Positions 9,546-19,054 are shown, numbered from the stretch's first letter. The stretch: DNA of 64,000 nucleotides from Candidatus Poribacteria bacterium (GCA_965116925.1 OZ220744.1:672001-736000), one strand, 5' to 3'. Notes: a model not told the origin generated them from the sequence alone. Program-made: numbers and translations.

Positions 9546-10496
9546 TCATCGGAAACCATATTTTTTCAATCGGCGGTATAAAGCCTGTCGACTCAACCCA
9601 AGTTGCCGGGCGGTCTGGGTGATGTTGCCTCGATTCGTCACTAAGGTGCGTCGAATCCGTTCCTGTTCAGCAAACATCCCCTCAACTGGGGTTGGGGATG
9701 GACTTGCTACATCAGTCCCTGTTCTTGAAAAAGAAAACACATCAACGTGAGGAAAGTGAAAATGTAGGTATTCGGGTTGAATCGCTGCACCTTCGCTTAC
9801 AATTAACGCACCTTCAATGACGTTCCTCAGCTCACGCACATTACCCGGGAAGGCATATCCCTCCAAAGCCTCCACCGCTTTAGGTGTCAATTCTGGAGTC
9901 GACACTTCCAGCCGAGTCGCAAGTGTACTCAGCATGTACTCAGCAAGGGGCAGAATATCATCTTTTCGCTCACGTAAAGGTGAAATTTCAATCAGCATTA
10001 CAGCCAAGCGGAAGTAGAGATCCGACCGAAACTGTCCCACCTCAACATTAGCCTTGAGGTCTGAATTGGTGGCTGCCATCACCCGGATATCTACCTTTTT
10101 ACTCTCTTTCGCACCGATTGGCGTGATGACACTCTCGTCCAGCACACGGAGGAGTTTAATCTGGGTTTCGATTGGCATATCGCCGACTTCATCGAGAAAC
10201 AGTGTCCCACCGTCAGCACGTTCAAAGTAACCCGTTTGGTCTGCTATAGCACTAGTGAACGCGCCGCGGACATGACCAAAGAAGACAGACTCGGCTAGTT
10301 CATAAGGAATCGCTCCACAATTGAGAGCCACAAATGGTCCTGATGCCCGTGGACCTCCGGCATGAATGGCTCGTGCAACCACTTCCTTCCCGACACCGGT
10401 TTCCCCTGTAATTAAAACCGAGGTGGTATCGTTGTTACGAAGTTGGTGAATCGTCCTATGAATGATTCGCATTGCATTGCTGTCGCCAAAGAGCAT
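9546..10496 (-). CDS. Sigma-54 enhancer-binding protein (AAA+ plus Fis HTH) with no regulatory domain
   Basis: GETGVGKE, GAFTSA, LFLDEVGD, PGNVREL, C-terminal LGLSRQALYRRL. Confidence 0.9.
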   Translation of the reverse strand: MLFGDSNAMRIIHRTIHQLRNNDTTSVLITGETGVGKEVVARAIHAGGPRASGPFVALNCGAIPYELAESVFFGHVRGAFTSAIADQTGYFERADGGTLFLDEVGDMPIETQIKLLRVLDESVITPIGAKESKKVDIRVMAATNSDLKANVEVGQFRSDLYFRLAVMLIEISPLRERKDDILPLAEYMLSTLATRLEVSTPELTPKAVEALEGYAFPGNVRELRNVIEGALIVSEGAAIQPEYLHFHFPHVDVFSFSRTGTDVASPSPTPVEGMFAEQERIRRTLVTNRGNITQTARQLGLSRQALYRRLKKYGFR

Positions 10497-10793
10497 AGAA
10501 TAATCCCACTTTCTATTATTGAAAATCAGCTCTGGATCCCAAAGGATACAATAAAAGGCAAGTAGCGTGCAAATCTAAAATCGTTAGAGTCAAACTAATA
10601 GTTTAACTCTTGCAAAAATAACCCGGATCGTGTTAAAGATCGTGCAAAAAAACGAGTTTGTTCTGAAAAATCAGCTTCTCTAGACTATTCTACACTTTCT
10701 TTTTACACAAGCCAATAGCTTATATGTAAGTAAGATAACGGTATCCCGGCCATACCAAACACCCTTAAAGCATATCAACATACCCTAAGGACC

Positions 10794-11576
10794 TTACCGG
10801 CGGTGTGCAATTTCAATGAGTGTATCACCGACAATCTTGTATCTATGGGAATCCAGCCGTTCAACATCCGACCGTTTCGCTTTCGCATCAACCGCTTTTT
10901 CCTCCAGCAGCTCTGTGATAAATTCGTAAGGCGGATCGATACTGAACGGCTCAATTTCCCCAATTTTCTCCATTGCCGTTTTGCCGCCAATCTGCAAGAG
11001 TTCCCTCGCCTTTGCGGGTGCGAGCGACAACGCACTTGTCTGCGAGAGTCCCTTCTTCGTCATGACCGACACGATATTCGGCACATATTGCTGCGTTTCA
11101 GCGATGGCGGTATCGTCTCCACTGATGAATACCGTTGGGATGCCGAATGAACCTGCCATTGCGGCGTTAAACCCAATCTCCCCAATCAGTTCGCCGTTCA
11201 GCCAGCAGTTGGCAATTGCGCGCGAACTCCAGCTATGGCACAAGACACCGCGTTCCGTGTTTCCCATGGAGTGATGCCCGTAAAGCAAAAACGCATCAAA
11301 CGACGCATCCAACCCCCAAGGTGCAGAAATTGGACGACCAATAATCATCTGTGCCTCCGGGTGCATCAGTTCATAGTCGATTCCTCCTGGACCATGACCG
11401 TCCAAAAACCACACCTCCTGGGCCCCACCCTCCAACGTGCCCTCAACGAGTGCATTTACCTCCAATGTTGCGAGCCGTTTCGCCTGTTCGTAGTACTTCG
11501 CATCGCTATAAGTCTGTTGGTGGAAATCAACGACACCGGCGGTGCCTTCCAAGTCACCGAGTATAAATATTCGCAT
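10794..11576 (-). CDS. M55 family D-aminopeptidase (DppA-like)
   Basis: DLEG, DGHG, GHH, LCHSW and SGDD motifs. Confidence 0.85.
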   Translation of the reverse strand: MRIFILGDLEGTAGVVDFHQQTYSDAKYYEQAKRLATLEVNALVEGTLEGGAQEVWFLDGHGPGGIDYELMHPEAQMIIGRPISAPWGLDASFDAFLLYGHHSMGNTERGVLCHSWSSRAIANCWLNGELIGEIGFNAAMAGSFGIPTVFISGDDTAIAETQQYVPNIVSVMTKKGLSQTSALSLAPAKARELLQIGGKTAMEKIGEIEPFSIDPPYEFITELLEEKAVDAKAKRSDVERLDSHRYKIVGDTLIEIAHRR

Positions 11577-11605
11577 ATCAGTCTCCCCTTAATCTCAGAA
11601 ATTCC

Positions 11606-11634
11606 TTGACAACTTCCCATATCTGTTTCATAAT
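11606..11634 (+). promoter_or_regulatory. Sigma-70 promoter candidate
   Basis: TTGACA-N17-CATAAT. Confidence 0.45.
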
Positions 11635-11710
11635 AGATTTGTGAAACATCTACAAAGAAAACTTGGCGATTACAAGTCCGTAAAGCATTACGGTAAATTC
11701 GCAATTGGCT

Positions 11711-11738
11711 ATTATACCCCTGTTCGTTGATTTGTCAA
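11711..11738 (-). promoter_or_regulatory. Sigma-70 promoter candidate for the M55 peptidase
   Basis: Minus strand TTGACA-N16-TATAAT. Confidence 0.55.
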
Positions 11739-11776
11739 TCTTTTCGCTGGACCTGATGGGAACCTTTAGTGCTCCC

Positions 11777-11825
11777 GTAGGTGCTGGCATCCCGATTTAT
11801 CGGGGAGAAATCTCCGAATCCCGAC
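11777..11825 (+). repeat. GTAG-initiated REP-like element
   Basis: Near-identical copy at 24942-24990. Confidence 0.65.
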
Positions 11826-11905
11826 ACTTCGCTCAAATAACCCTATGGATGTTAAAAAGCAGCAGTTCAAAACCAATTTGCAGATTGTATTATGGAGGAT
11901 AGATT

Positions 11906-12697
11906 ATGGGTTTCAAACTTGGTTATAGTACGTTACGTTGGCAAACACCTGACCTCGAACCGCTTCTCGTAGAACTCAAGGAAGCCGGGTGGGATGGATG
12001 GGAGATGCGCCAATCCTTTGATTGGGTCGGAACACCAAAACGAGTCCGACAGATCTGTGATAATGTCGGTATGCCTGTTGTCGTTGTCACCGCACGAGGA
12101 CTACCGATCGACAAGGATTGGGAACAGATGGAGATGAACAAACGCCGGATGGACTTCGCCGCTGAAGTCGGTGCGGACTGTTTCATGTTCATGGGAGCCG
12201 GTAAACCGCAAGACCGTCCTGTCAATGACGACGATATCGCTGCGCTGGCAGATGTTTCGGAAGAATGGGCGGAATACGCCGGACAGTACGACCTAGAGGT
12301 ATGTTACCACATTCATACCAACACGACGATCGACTCGATCGAGGACTGGGCGAAATATATGAGTCTGCTCAGAAAGTGCAAGCTGTGCATTGACGTTTCA
12401 CACTCTGCCTTATGGGGGTATGACCCCGTCGAGTCGATAAAACGCTACAAAGATCAGTTAATCTACGTTCACCTCCAAGACTACGCAAGCTTCTCCGGCG
12501 GCGATGGCGAGTCTTACGATGTGAATTGGGTTGATGTCGGCAGTGGGACCGTGATGGACTTTCCCAAAATTATGACAACCTTGGAAGATATCGGATATGA
12601 TCGCTGGGTAACAGCCTGTCCCGGTCAAATCGAAGAGCGATCTGATCAGGACCGGATGCGAGTCAATCGGGAATATCTCCAGCAGCTAGGGTATTAA
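11906..12697 (+). CDS. Sugar phosphate isomerase/epimerase (AP endonuclease 2 TIM barrel, IolE-like)
   Basis: YHIH, IDVSH, VHLQD, GSGTVMDF, GYDRW. Confidence 0.8.
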   Translation: MGFKLGYSTLRWQTPDLEPLLVELKEAGWDGWEMRQSFDWVGTPKRVRQICDNVGMPVVVVTARGLPIDKDWEQMEMNKRRMDFAAEVGADCFMFMGAGKPQDRPVNDDDIAALADVSEEWAEYAGQYDLEVCYHIHTNTTIDSIEDWAKYMSLLRKCKLCIDVSHSALWGYDPVESIKRYKDQLIYVHLQDYASFSGGDGESYDVNWVDVGSGTVMDFPKIMTTLEDIGYDRWVTACPGQIEERSDQDRMRVNREYLQQLGY

Positions 12698-13029
12698 GGC
12701 GTAAAACATAAGGATGCGAGGCTGCACGGAGACATTGAAATCCATGCAGCCCGATATTCCTATAGGATATACACACGCTTGGCTGCGAATCTCGCAAGCA
12801 GCATAAAACACCTTTGAGAACCGTATCTGCTGCTGAGTTATCTAGGTCAACGCCTCCGCTTGCTCCCGCCTATACCTTAGTCCGCTTATTGGTCCAACCC
12901 TTTCCGCTGCCTCAGTTCACAACAGGGTGCACAATCGTTTCAACGGTTTGTAACCAGTTTGGAAGATTGTTCCAACTTATGGGTCTTACGTTTCACGTTT
13001 CATACATCACGCCAAAGGGGTGAAAAACC

Positions 13030-14517
13030 GTGTCACTGGTTATGGGAATTGACCTCGGCACCTCAAATGCCAAAACGGTTTTGATGGACAAAGCAGGTCG
13101 TATCGTTGCAATGGCGAGCGCAGACTATCCGTTGTTGACGCCACACCCCGGTTGGGCGGAACAGAATCCCGACGATTGGTGGAACGCGCTGTGCGATACA
13201 AGCCGTCAGGTGCTCGCGGAACTCAAGACGAGGCATCCTGCTTATTCGATCCACGACATCAAAGGTGTATCGCTTTCGGGACAAATGAACAGCGCGATGC
13301 TCGTAGACTCCCAAGGGGTTCCAATTCGCCGCGCGATTGCTTGGTTGGACGGACGTTCAAAGCGGGAGTGCGACGAAGCGAATCAACGGGCTGGCGACCT
13401 ATTTCGCAAGCGGGTGCTGCAGGTCCTTAACCCTGTCAACACATTGGGGAAAATCCTCTGGCTACGCGACAATGAGCCGAACCTTTATAACGATGCCCGT
13501 TATGCCCTCATTCAGAAAGATTGGATACGGTTCCGACTGACCGGCAGCTTTGGGTCGGACGTTTCGGACGCCTCGATATCGGCGGCTGGGGACATCTACA
13601 CGCGGGATTGGAGCGGTGAAATCTTAGATGCACTCGAAGTGCGCCGCGATCTTTTTCCGCCCATCGTTGAATCCACTAGGGTGGTTGGCGAAATCACGGA
13701 TGCTGCTGCCGAAGAAACGGGATTGGCAGCGGGAACGCCTGTATGTGCCGGTGCGGGCGATATGGCGTGTATGGCGGTGGGCGGCGGTGTCATCAAACCG
13801 GGAATTGCCAACGTCGGAATCGGTACAGCGGGGCACGCCTTGGCTTTTGCCGAGAGGATCAGCGATGAAGGATACAATCAGCTGTGGCCCATCTGCCACG
13901 CGGTGTCGGGAAAATACTTGTGGCTCGGATGCACATATACCGGCGGGCGAAGCCTAGCATGGACCCGCGACCAGTTTGGTGAACGCTTTGAAGATTTGAC
14001 AGCGGAAGCTGAAAGCGTACCCGTGGGCAGCGACGGGCTATTTTTTATGCCTTGGTTTCAAGGAGCAGCGACACCGAATCCCGACCCCCACGCACGGGCC
14101 GGTTGGATCGGCCTGACGTTGCACCACACAAAGGGGCACATGATTCGAGCGTTGATGGAAGGGGTAGCCTTTGACCTGCGACACTCGCTCGAATGCTTCA
14201 AACGGTTGGGGTCCCCAATTAACGAGCTCCGCATCGGTGAAGGAGGGGCGAAATCCGCTCTCTGGAGTGCAATCCAAGCCGACGTTTTCGGTCAAGATGT
14301 GCGAATAATGGAAACACGGGAGGTTTCTGCTGTCGGTGCAGCCATAATTGCAGGAGTTGGCGTCGGCCTGTTTTCAGACTTTGAGTCTGCATGTAAAAAG
14401 GCAATTGTGTTGGGCGAGACAGTCAGGTGTGATGCGGATCGAGCCCAACAATATGAGGCATACTATCAGCGATATTGTGAATTGTATCCGATACTCAAAG
14501 ACTGGTTTCGCCAGTAA
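13030..14517 (+). CDS. xylB: Xylulokinase / FGGY carbohydrate kinase
   Basis: GIDLGTS, GWAEQNP, SLSGQM, GAGD, EGVAF. Confidence 0.75.
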   Translation: MSLVMGIDLGTSNAKTVLMDKAGRIVAMASADYPLLTPHPGWAEQNPDDWWNALCDTSRQVLAELKTRHPAYSIHDIKGVSLSGQMNSAMLVDSQGVPIRRAIAWLDGRSKRECDEANQRAGDLFRKRVLQVLNPVNTLGKILWLRDNEPNLYNDARYALIQKDWIRFRLTGSFGSDVSDASISAAGDIYTRDWSGEILDALEVRRDLFPPIVESTRVVGEITDAAAEETGLAAGTPVCAGAGDMACMAVGGGVIKPGIANVGIGTAGHALAFAERISDEGYNQLWPICHAVSGKYLWLGCTYTGGRSLAWTRDQFGERFEDLTAEAESVPVGSDGLFFMPWFQGAATPNPDPHARAGWIGLTLHHTKGHMIRALMEGVAFDLRHSLECFKRLGSPINELRIGEGGAKSALWSAIQADVFGQDVRIMETREVSAVGAAIIAGVGVGLFSDFESACKKAIVLGETVRCDADRAQQYEAYYQRYCELYPILKDWFRQ

Positions 14518-14531
14518 CGACCCTTATCTTC

Positions 14532-14712
14532 CGCTCCAGAGGAGCGATATGTTTATAGAACGGCGATATGCCCAAACCCCGCGCTCCAGATGAAGATTAA
14601 TTTATTAATTGGGTAATTTCCGAGCGATGTCCGGTGCGGTTTGCAACCGCACCTACCGGGTCTGGGGAAATATAGAATTACCCGTTTAATTTCTTAAAAC
14701 CCATGAGGAGCG
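14532..14712. repeat. Doublet of palindrome family D (CGCTCC..GGAGCG); the second hairpin is split by an insertion
   Basis: Intact doublet at about 23207-23271; further copies at 25951, 26105, 26259; half copy at 63398. Confidence 0.75.
14590..14704. mobile_element. Family H palindromic element (115 bp) with a central GTAG-REP
   Basis: Ends ATGAAGATTAA...TTAAAACCCAT; sits in the centre of a family D hairpin. Confidence 0.75.
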
Positions 14713-14813
14713 CAATGTGCATAGCAGAACTCAAGATAGCCTGATCTGAATACGAAAACGATTCCTAAGCGGATTAAACAACCCTAAATCGATTAACCAC
14801 AAGAGGAGACACC

Positions 14814-15815
14814 ATGAAAATTACCCAGATCGAAGCGATACCGGTCAAGGTTCCGTATCATGAGGGCATTACCGAAATGATGGTCGAGCGGAATCTGTAT
14901 CAAGGGAACACCGTCTATAAAGTCCACACCGATGGGGGAATCGTCGGTATCGGTGAAGCTGAAGGGCAACCCAATGACGAACTTCAGCAGTATGTCGGCA
15001 GAGATCCGTTTGAATTCATGAACGGACTGGCACCGACACCGCTTCAGCAGGCGGTCTATGACATCATGGGAAAATCGCTTGGCGTGCCCGTTCATCAACT
15101 AGTCGGCGAAAAGGTTCAGGATAAGGTGGCGATCGGATACTGGTCAATCGATATGCCGCCCGCAGAGTGGGCAGAGGAAGCCAAACGCGCCTATTCGCTC
15201 GGATACCGGCTCCACAAAATCAAGGCACGTCCGTGGCATGATATCATCGAACAGGTCCAAGCAATCACTGAGGTCGTTCCGTCCGATTATAAGCTGCGGA
15301 TTGACCCCAACGACTCGTTTGAGACACCAGCGAAGTCTATTGAAGTTGCGAAAAAACTCCGGGATTACAATATCGAAGCATTTGAATCACCTATTCCCCA
15401 GGGCGATATTGACGGATACCTAGAAATTCGACGTGGCTGCGATATGCCGATCACAATACATTTCGGCAACCCCGATCCCGTTGAAGCGATCAAGGCGAAT
15501 ATGAACGACTCCTTCATCATCGCGTACCCGGATTCACGCGCTGCCAACGCCAAGCGTGAAGCATCAATTTCTGAATCTGCACACTTGCCCCTCTGGATTC
15601 AGATTGTCGGAATGGGAATAACGACCACGTATCTAATCCATCTCGCTGCCACAATGCCCAACGCCACCATGTCGTCGATTACGCTGAATTGTCTGAGAGC
15701 GTTTGATATCGTCTCGCCAGCAGTCCAGATGGAGAACGGTTACGCAACCGTACCTGATGCGCCGGGGTTGGGAATTGAGCTCGATGAAGACCTGCTAGAT
15801 AACTGTCGGGCATAG
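14814..15815 (+). CDS. Mandelate racemase/muconate lactonizing (enolase superfamily) enzyme
   Basis: GIVGIGE, YDIMGKSLGVPVHQLVG, KIK, IDPN, PGLGIELD. Confidence 0.85.
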   Translation: MKITQIEAIPVKVPYHEGITEMMVERNLYQGNTVYKVHTDGGIVGIGEAEGQPNDELQQYVGRDPFEFMNGLAPTPLQQAVYDIMGKSLGVPVHQLVGEKVQDKVAIGYWSIDMPPAEWAEEAKRAYSLGYRLHKIKARPWHDIIEQVQAITEVVPSDYKLRIDPNDSFETPAKSIEVAKKLRDYNIEAFESPIPQGDIDGYLEIRRGCDMPITIHFGNPDPVEAIKANMNDSFIIAYPDSRAANAKREASISESAHLPLWIQIVGMGITTTYLIHLAATMPNATMSSITLNCLRAFDIVSPAVQMENGYATVPDAPGLGIELDEDLLDNCRA

Positions 15816-15817
15816 AT

Positions 15818-15917
15818 TGGTCGCTCATGTTAAGAAATCGCGCAACAGAAACCGAGTTTTTTCTTGAAAACTCGGTTTCTCTTCATGCTTTGCGCTTTCT
15901 TTTTATATGAGCCACCA
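15818..15917. repeat. Family K inverted-repeat shell enclosing palindrome A
   Basis: TGGTCGCTCATGTTAAGA...TCTTTTTATATGAGCCACCA; a right arm also occurs at about 6669-6686. Confidence 0.6.
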
Positions 15918-15945
15918 ATGAACCAATGAATCAATCAACTCAATA

Positions 15946-16032
15946 TATAATAGATTTTAGAATTAATGGGACACGCCAAACCGCACCTACCGGGGGGGCG
16001 CAAGTGTTTCTTTATTTTTTGAATTCACTATA
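15946..16032. mobile_element. Family C MITE-like element (half of its REP deleted)
   Basis: TATA(G/A)TAGATTTTAGAATTAA...GAATTCACTATA; other copies at 45239, 56173, 56761, and reversed ending at 26621. Confidence 0.75.
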
Positions 16033-16041
16033 AATGAATCA

Positions 16042-16605
16042 ATGATTGTCACATTTCACAGTCTATCCCAATTTATCGGGGCATCACGTTTCACGCATCA
16101 CGTTTCACGGGTCACACTGTTTATCCTCAGTCTGCTGGTTCTTGGCTGTGGTGGAGGGGTAAAACTGATCAATCTACCTGACAGCAGCATTGCGCTTAAA
16201 CTATCGAAAGACCAGCGGGAGAGCATTGAGCCCAAGATTGTGCTCATCCGCGACATCGTTGAGGATTACGAGTTTGAAAAAGATGAGGTAGAGGCTGAAT
16301 ATCGCCTTTACTATACCCGTGCTAGCCTGCCTTCGATGAGTCGATATGAAGGAGGCCGGGACAGGAGCGTCCGGTTTGAATGGCATCAACTGAGAATGAA
16401 ACTCAGAAGCTTTGTCGCACAACGACGGGAATATGGCAAAGAAATCTCTGGACTCCTCCGCGAAATCAAAGCCGATTTGACCCCTGACCAGCGTGTTGCG
16501 TTTGAAGATATAGAGCTGCCGGAACTCCGGCTACCAGAGGTGCTCAGAAGGCGTTCCTATGATGACTTGGGGATGCGAATGAGAGGGGTGCCATTCCAGT
16601 TCTGA
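16042..16605 (+). CDS. Hypothetical lipoprotein (helical)
   Basis: LVLGC lipobox; start uncertain because the 5' end overlaps micro-repeats. Confidence 0.6.
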   Translation: MIVTFHSLSQFIGASRFTHHVSRVTLFILSLLVLGCGGGVKLINLPDSSIALKLSKDQRESIEPKIVLIRDIVEDYEFEKDEVEAEYRLYYTRASLPSMSRYEGGRDRSVRFEWHQLRMKLRSFVAQRREYGKEISGLLREIKADLTPDQRVAFEDIELPELRLPEVLRRRSYDDLGMRMRGVPFQF

Positions 16606-16640
16606 AGCAGCAGCCACTTAAAAGGAGATGTTTCAAACAA

Positions 16641-17477
16641 ATGAAACTTTCACTTTCTGTTCGGGTGGCAGAAGCACCCGGATCCAAAGAAGAGACCATC
16701 CGATCCTTCGACGAAATTTCTACGCTCGCCGATCAGCTCGGTTATCACGCGGTCTGTATGAGAGCATCGCAGGCGGGAACCCAGACGCCGCTCCAACAAA
16801 TCACTGCTATCCGCCAGAAAACCCGCCAACTCAATCTCGCTGTATCAATGGTTACGGGTGATTTCCCAATTCCGATCAACAACGACCAAGGTCCCGATGC
16901 CCTACGGAACATCACGCCTTATCTGGATCTGACCGACCTATTGGGTGCCAATCTAATTCGGATTGCGATGAAAAAAGAGGAAGATATCATCTGGGCGAAA
17001 CGAGCAGCCGACGAAGCCCGCGAGCGAGGGATCCGGTTGGCGCATCAGTCGCATACGCGCAGCCTATTTGAAACAGTGGAAGGTTCAGTCGATATCCTCA
17101 AACGGGTGGGAAGAAAAAACTTCGGCATCATCTACGAGCCAGCGAATCTAGATCTCTGTGGACAGGATTATGGGCCCGAAACGCTCAAGCGGTTTTCACC
17201 TTATCTGTTTAACGTTTACCTTCAAAATCATATCCGGCACCCCGATGGAAAGACACATCTTGAGACGTGGATTCGTGGGGATGTTCCACACGATCCGATT
17301 CGCTTGCAGGATGAGGGCGGGATCGACTTTTCAAATGTGTTTGAAGGACTGGCAAAGATTGATTATAACGGCTATGTGACGGTGCATCAGGCATTCACCG
17401 AAATCATGGAGCCAGAAGACGCCGCACAACAGAGCTATGATTATTTAACGCAGCTTGCGGATTTTGAAACAGGGTAG
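16641..17477 (+). CDS. Sugar phosphate isomerase/epimerase (TIM barrel)
   Basis: AAGGAG RBS; GIRLAHQSH, YEPANL, GGIDF, YNGYVTVH. Confidence 0.8.
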   Translation: MKLSLSVRVAEAPGSKEETIRSFDEISTLADQLGYHAVCMRASQAGTQTPLQQITAIRQKTRQLNLAVSMVTGDFPIPINNDQGPDALRNITPYLDLTDLLGANLIRIAMKKEEDIIWAKRAADEARERGIRLAHQSHTRSLFETVEGSVDILKRVGRKNFGIIYEPANLDLCGQDYGPETLKRFSPYLFNVYLQNHIRHPDGKTHLETWIRGDVPHDPIRLQDEGGIDFSNVFEGLAKIDYNGYVTVHQAFTEIMEPEDAAQQSYDYLTQLADFETG

Positions 17478-17587
17478 ATTTCGCAAACAGGTGTGGAAGG
17501 AGGGTGAAAAGATTCAGCGCATACTACGGAAACTCTGAAGCATCAGATGAACACGTTGCAAAAAGAACTTCAATGGTTATCATCGTG

Positions 17588-17854
17588 TCAATGCTCTGGT
17601 GTTTCTTCGTTTTTATTTTTCTTTTTTTGGGTATACCTCCATGCAACCAACAGGCCAACCCCAGCTCCAATAATTGATCCAGCTGTTGGAAGAACGCTAC
17701 CTATGGTGGTGCCAACAGTTGCGAGGCCTATTACAGAGGTTGCCCCCACGCTGGTAGCTGCTCCCGCTGCCGCCCCTACAGATGCCCCCAAGGCACCATC
17801 AACTACCCAGGAGATATCCTTTTCTTTCTGTTCCTTTGGATTTTTGTTTGTCAT
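17588..17854 (-). CDS. Small glycine-zipper-like membrane protein
   Basis: Gly/Ala-rich hydrophobic core with basic tail; ATGA overlap with the upstream gene. Confidence 0.6.
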   Translation of the reverse strand: MTNKNPKEQKEKDISWVVDGALGASVGAAAGAATSVGATSVIGLATVGTTIGSVLPTAGSIIGAGVGLLVAWRYTQKKKNKNEETPEH

Positions 17855-18228
17855 TTCAAGAGCCCCATTGTTTGACGAGTGCCAGCGACCATAATTATCG
17901 TTAAAATGGTGGTGAAGATTGAAGTGAGAGCAAGTTTCCAGTCTTTGGCTTGATCGTGGGTAACTGCTATACCATAGATGAAGGTAGAAAAGATGATGCA
18001 GAAAAGGAGACCAACTAACGGAATTTCGATTGATGTTCCTTCTTGTGCACTATTCAACATAACATCACGAATAGCCACGGCAGACAGGGCCGTGCAGTAA
18101 AAGCATAACTGCCCGTCTCTAAGCAATGAGAGAACATTTCGATTGGCTCCGATTAGCCAGGAACCAAGAAGTACAAGAGGAACTGGCAGTAACGGAATTA
18201 CCGTATTGTAGAATAGCCATACAATCAT
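17851..18228 (-). CDS. Hypothetical membrane protein (about 4 TM)
   Basis: 125 aa with four hydrophobic segments. Confidence 0.65.
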   Translation of the reverse strand: MIVWLFYNTVIPLLPVPLVLLGSWLIGANRNVLSLLRDGQLCFYCTALSAVAIRDVMLNSAQEGTSIEIPLVGLLFCIIFSTFIYGIAVTHDQAKDWKLALTSIFTTILTIIMVAGTRQTMGLLK

Positions 18229-18398
18229 CTAAATACCTTGTCTCTACTTGGTTTTTCAAGCAAGTTAGCAAAACATAGATAATTATACACAAACAGTTGA
18301 ACTAAATCAAGATATTTCTAAATGTCTGTCGTTGCTCTTACACAGCAACCTTTGAATAATCTCATCTCAAAAAATATCCAAGAGATTGGAGTGAATAT

Positions 18399-18914
18399 AT
18401 GACCGATTTTTCCAAATTTATTCGGGAGGTTCCCGATTTTCCACAACCAGGAATCCTTTTCAAGGATATTACCCCACTGCTCCAAGATCCACAAGCCTTC
18501 CGCGATGCGGTGGATGCGATGGCAGCCCACTACGAATCGAAAAATATTGATGTGGTAGTGGGCATTGATGCACGCGGCTTTATTTTCAGTAGTGCGCTTG
18601 CCTATCGCTTGGGTATTAGCTTGGTTCCCGTCCGCAAGAGCGGAAAACTCCCCTACCACACGCATGAAGCCAATTATGAACTGGAGTATGGGGTTGATAC
18701 CCTCGCAATCCATCAGGATGCTTGTTCGCCGGGAAGTCGTGTCCTCATCTGCGACGACGTGATTGCAACAGGGGGTACAATCGCTGCTTCGATTGAACTT
18801 ATTGAGAAACTTGGGAGCGAAGTTGCCGGAATTGCAGTCCTTATCGAACTGACCTTCCTCAATGGACGCGAAAAATTCCCGGATCAAGATATTTTTTCTC
18901 TAATTGAATTTTGA
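18399..18914 (+). CDS. apt: Adenine phosphoribosyltransferase
   Basis: PDFPQPGILFKDITP, ARGF, VRKSGKLP, DDVIATGGT. Confidence 0.96.
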   Translation: MTDFSKFIREVPDFPQPGILFKDITPLLQDPQAFRDAVDAMAAHYESKNIDVVVGIDARGFIFSSALAYRLGISLVPVRKSGKLPYHTHEANYELEYGVDTLAIHQDACSPGSRVLICDDVIATGGTIAASIELIEKLGSEVAGIAVLIELTFLNGREKFPDQDIFSLIEF

Positions 18915-18955
18915 CCCTTGATATGCTATACTATCCCGTTGTTATTAGTTGAGCT

Positions 18956-19031
18956 GCGCCTGTAGCTCAGGGGATAGAGCAGGGGCTTCCTAAGCCTCGT
19001 GTCGGGGGTTCGAATCCTCCCAGGCGCACCA
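18956..19031 (+). tRNA. tRNA-Arg(CCT)
   Basis: Cloverleaf; anticodon loop TTCCTAA; GTTCGAATC T-loop; CCA encoded. Confidence 0.93.
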
Positions 19032-19054
19032 TTCTTTATTTCTAGGAGAAATGA

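Noticed and set aside
10639..10655. Operator shared with 2130-2145 (ATCGTGCAAAAAACGA)
   Set aside because: The 10639 copy aligns with a decayed family K/A repeat, so a regulatory meaning is unsupported
12700..13020. Riboswitch or ncRNA upstream of xylB
   Set aside because: Hairpins are present but I recognise no aptamer consensus
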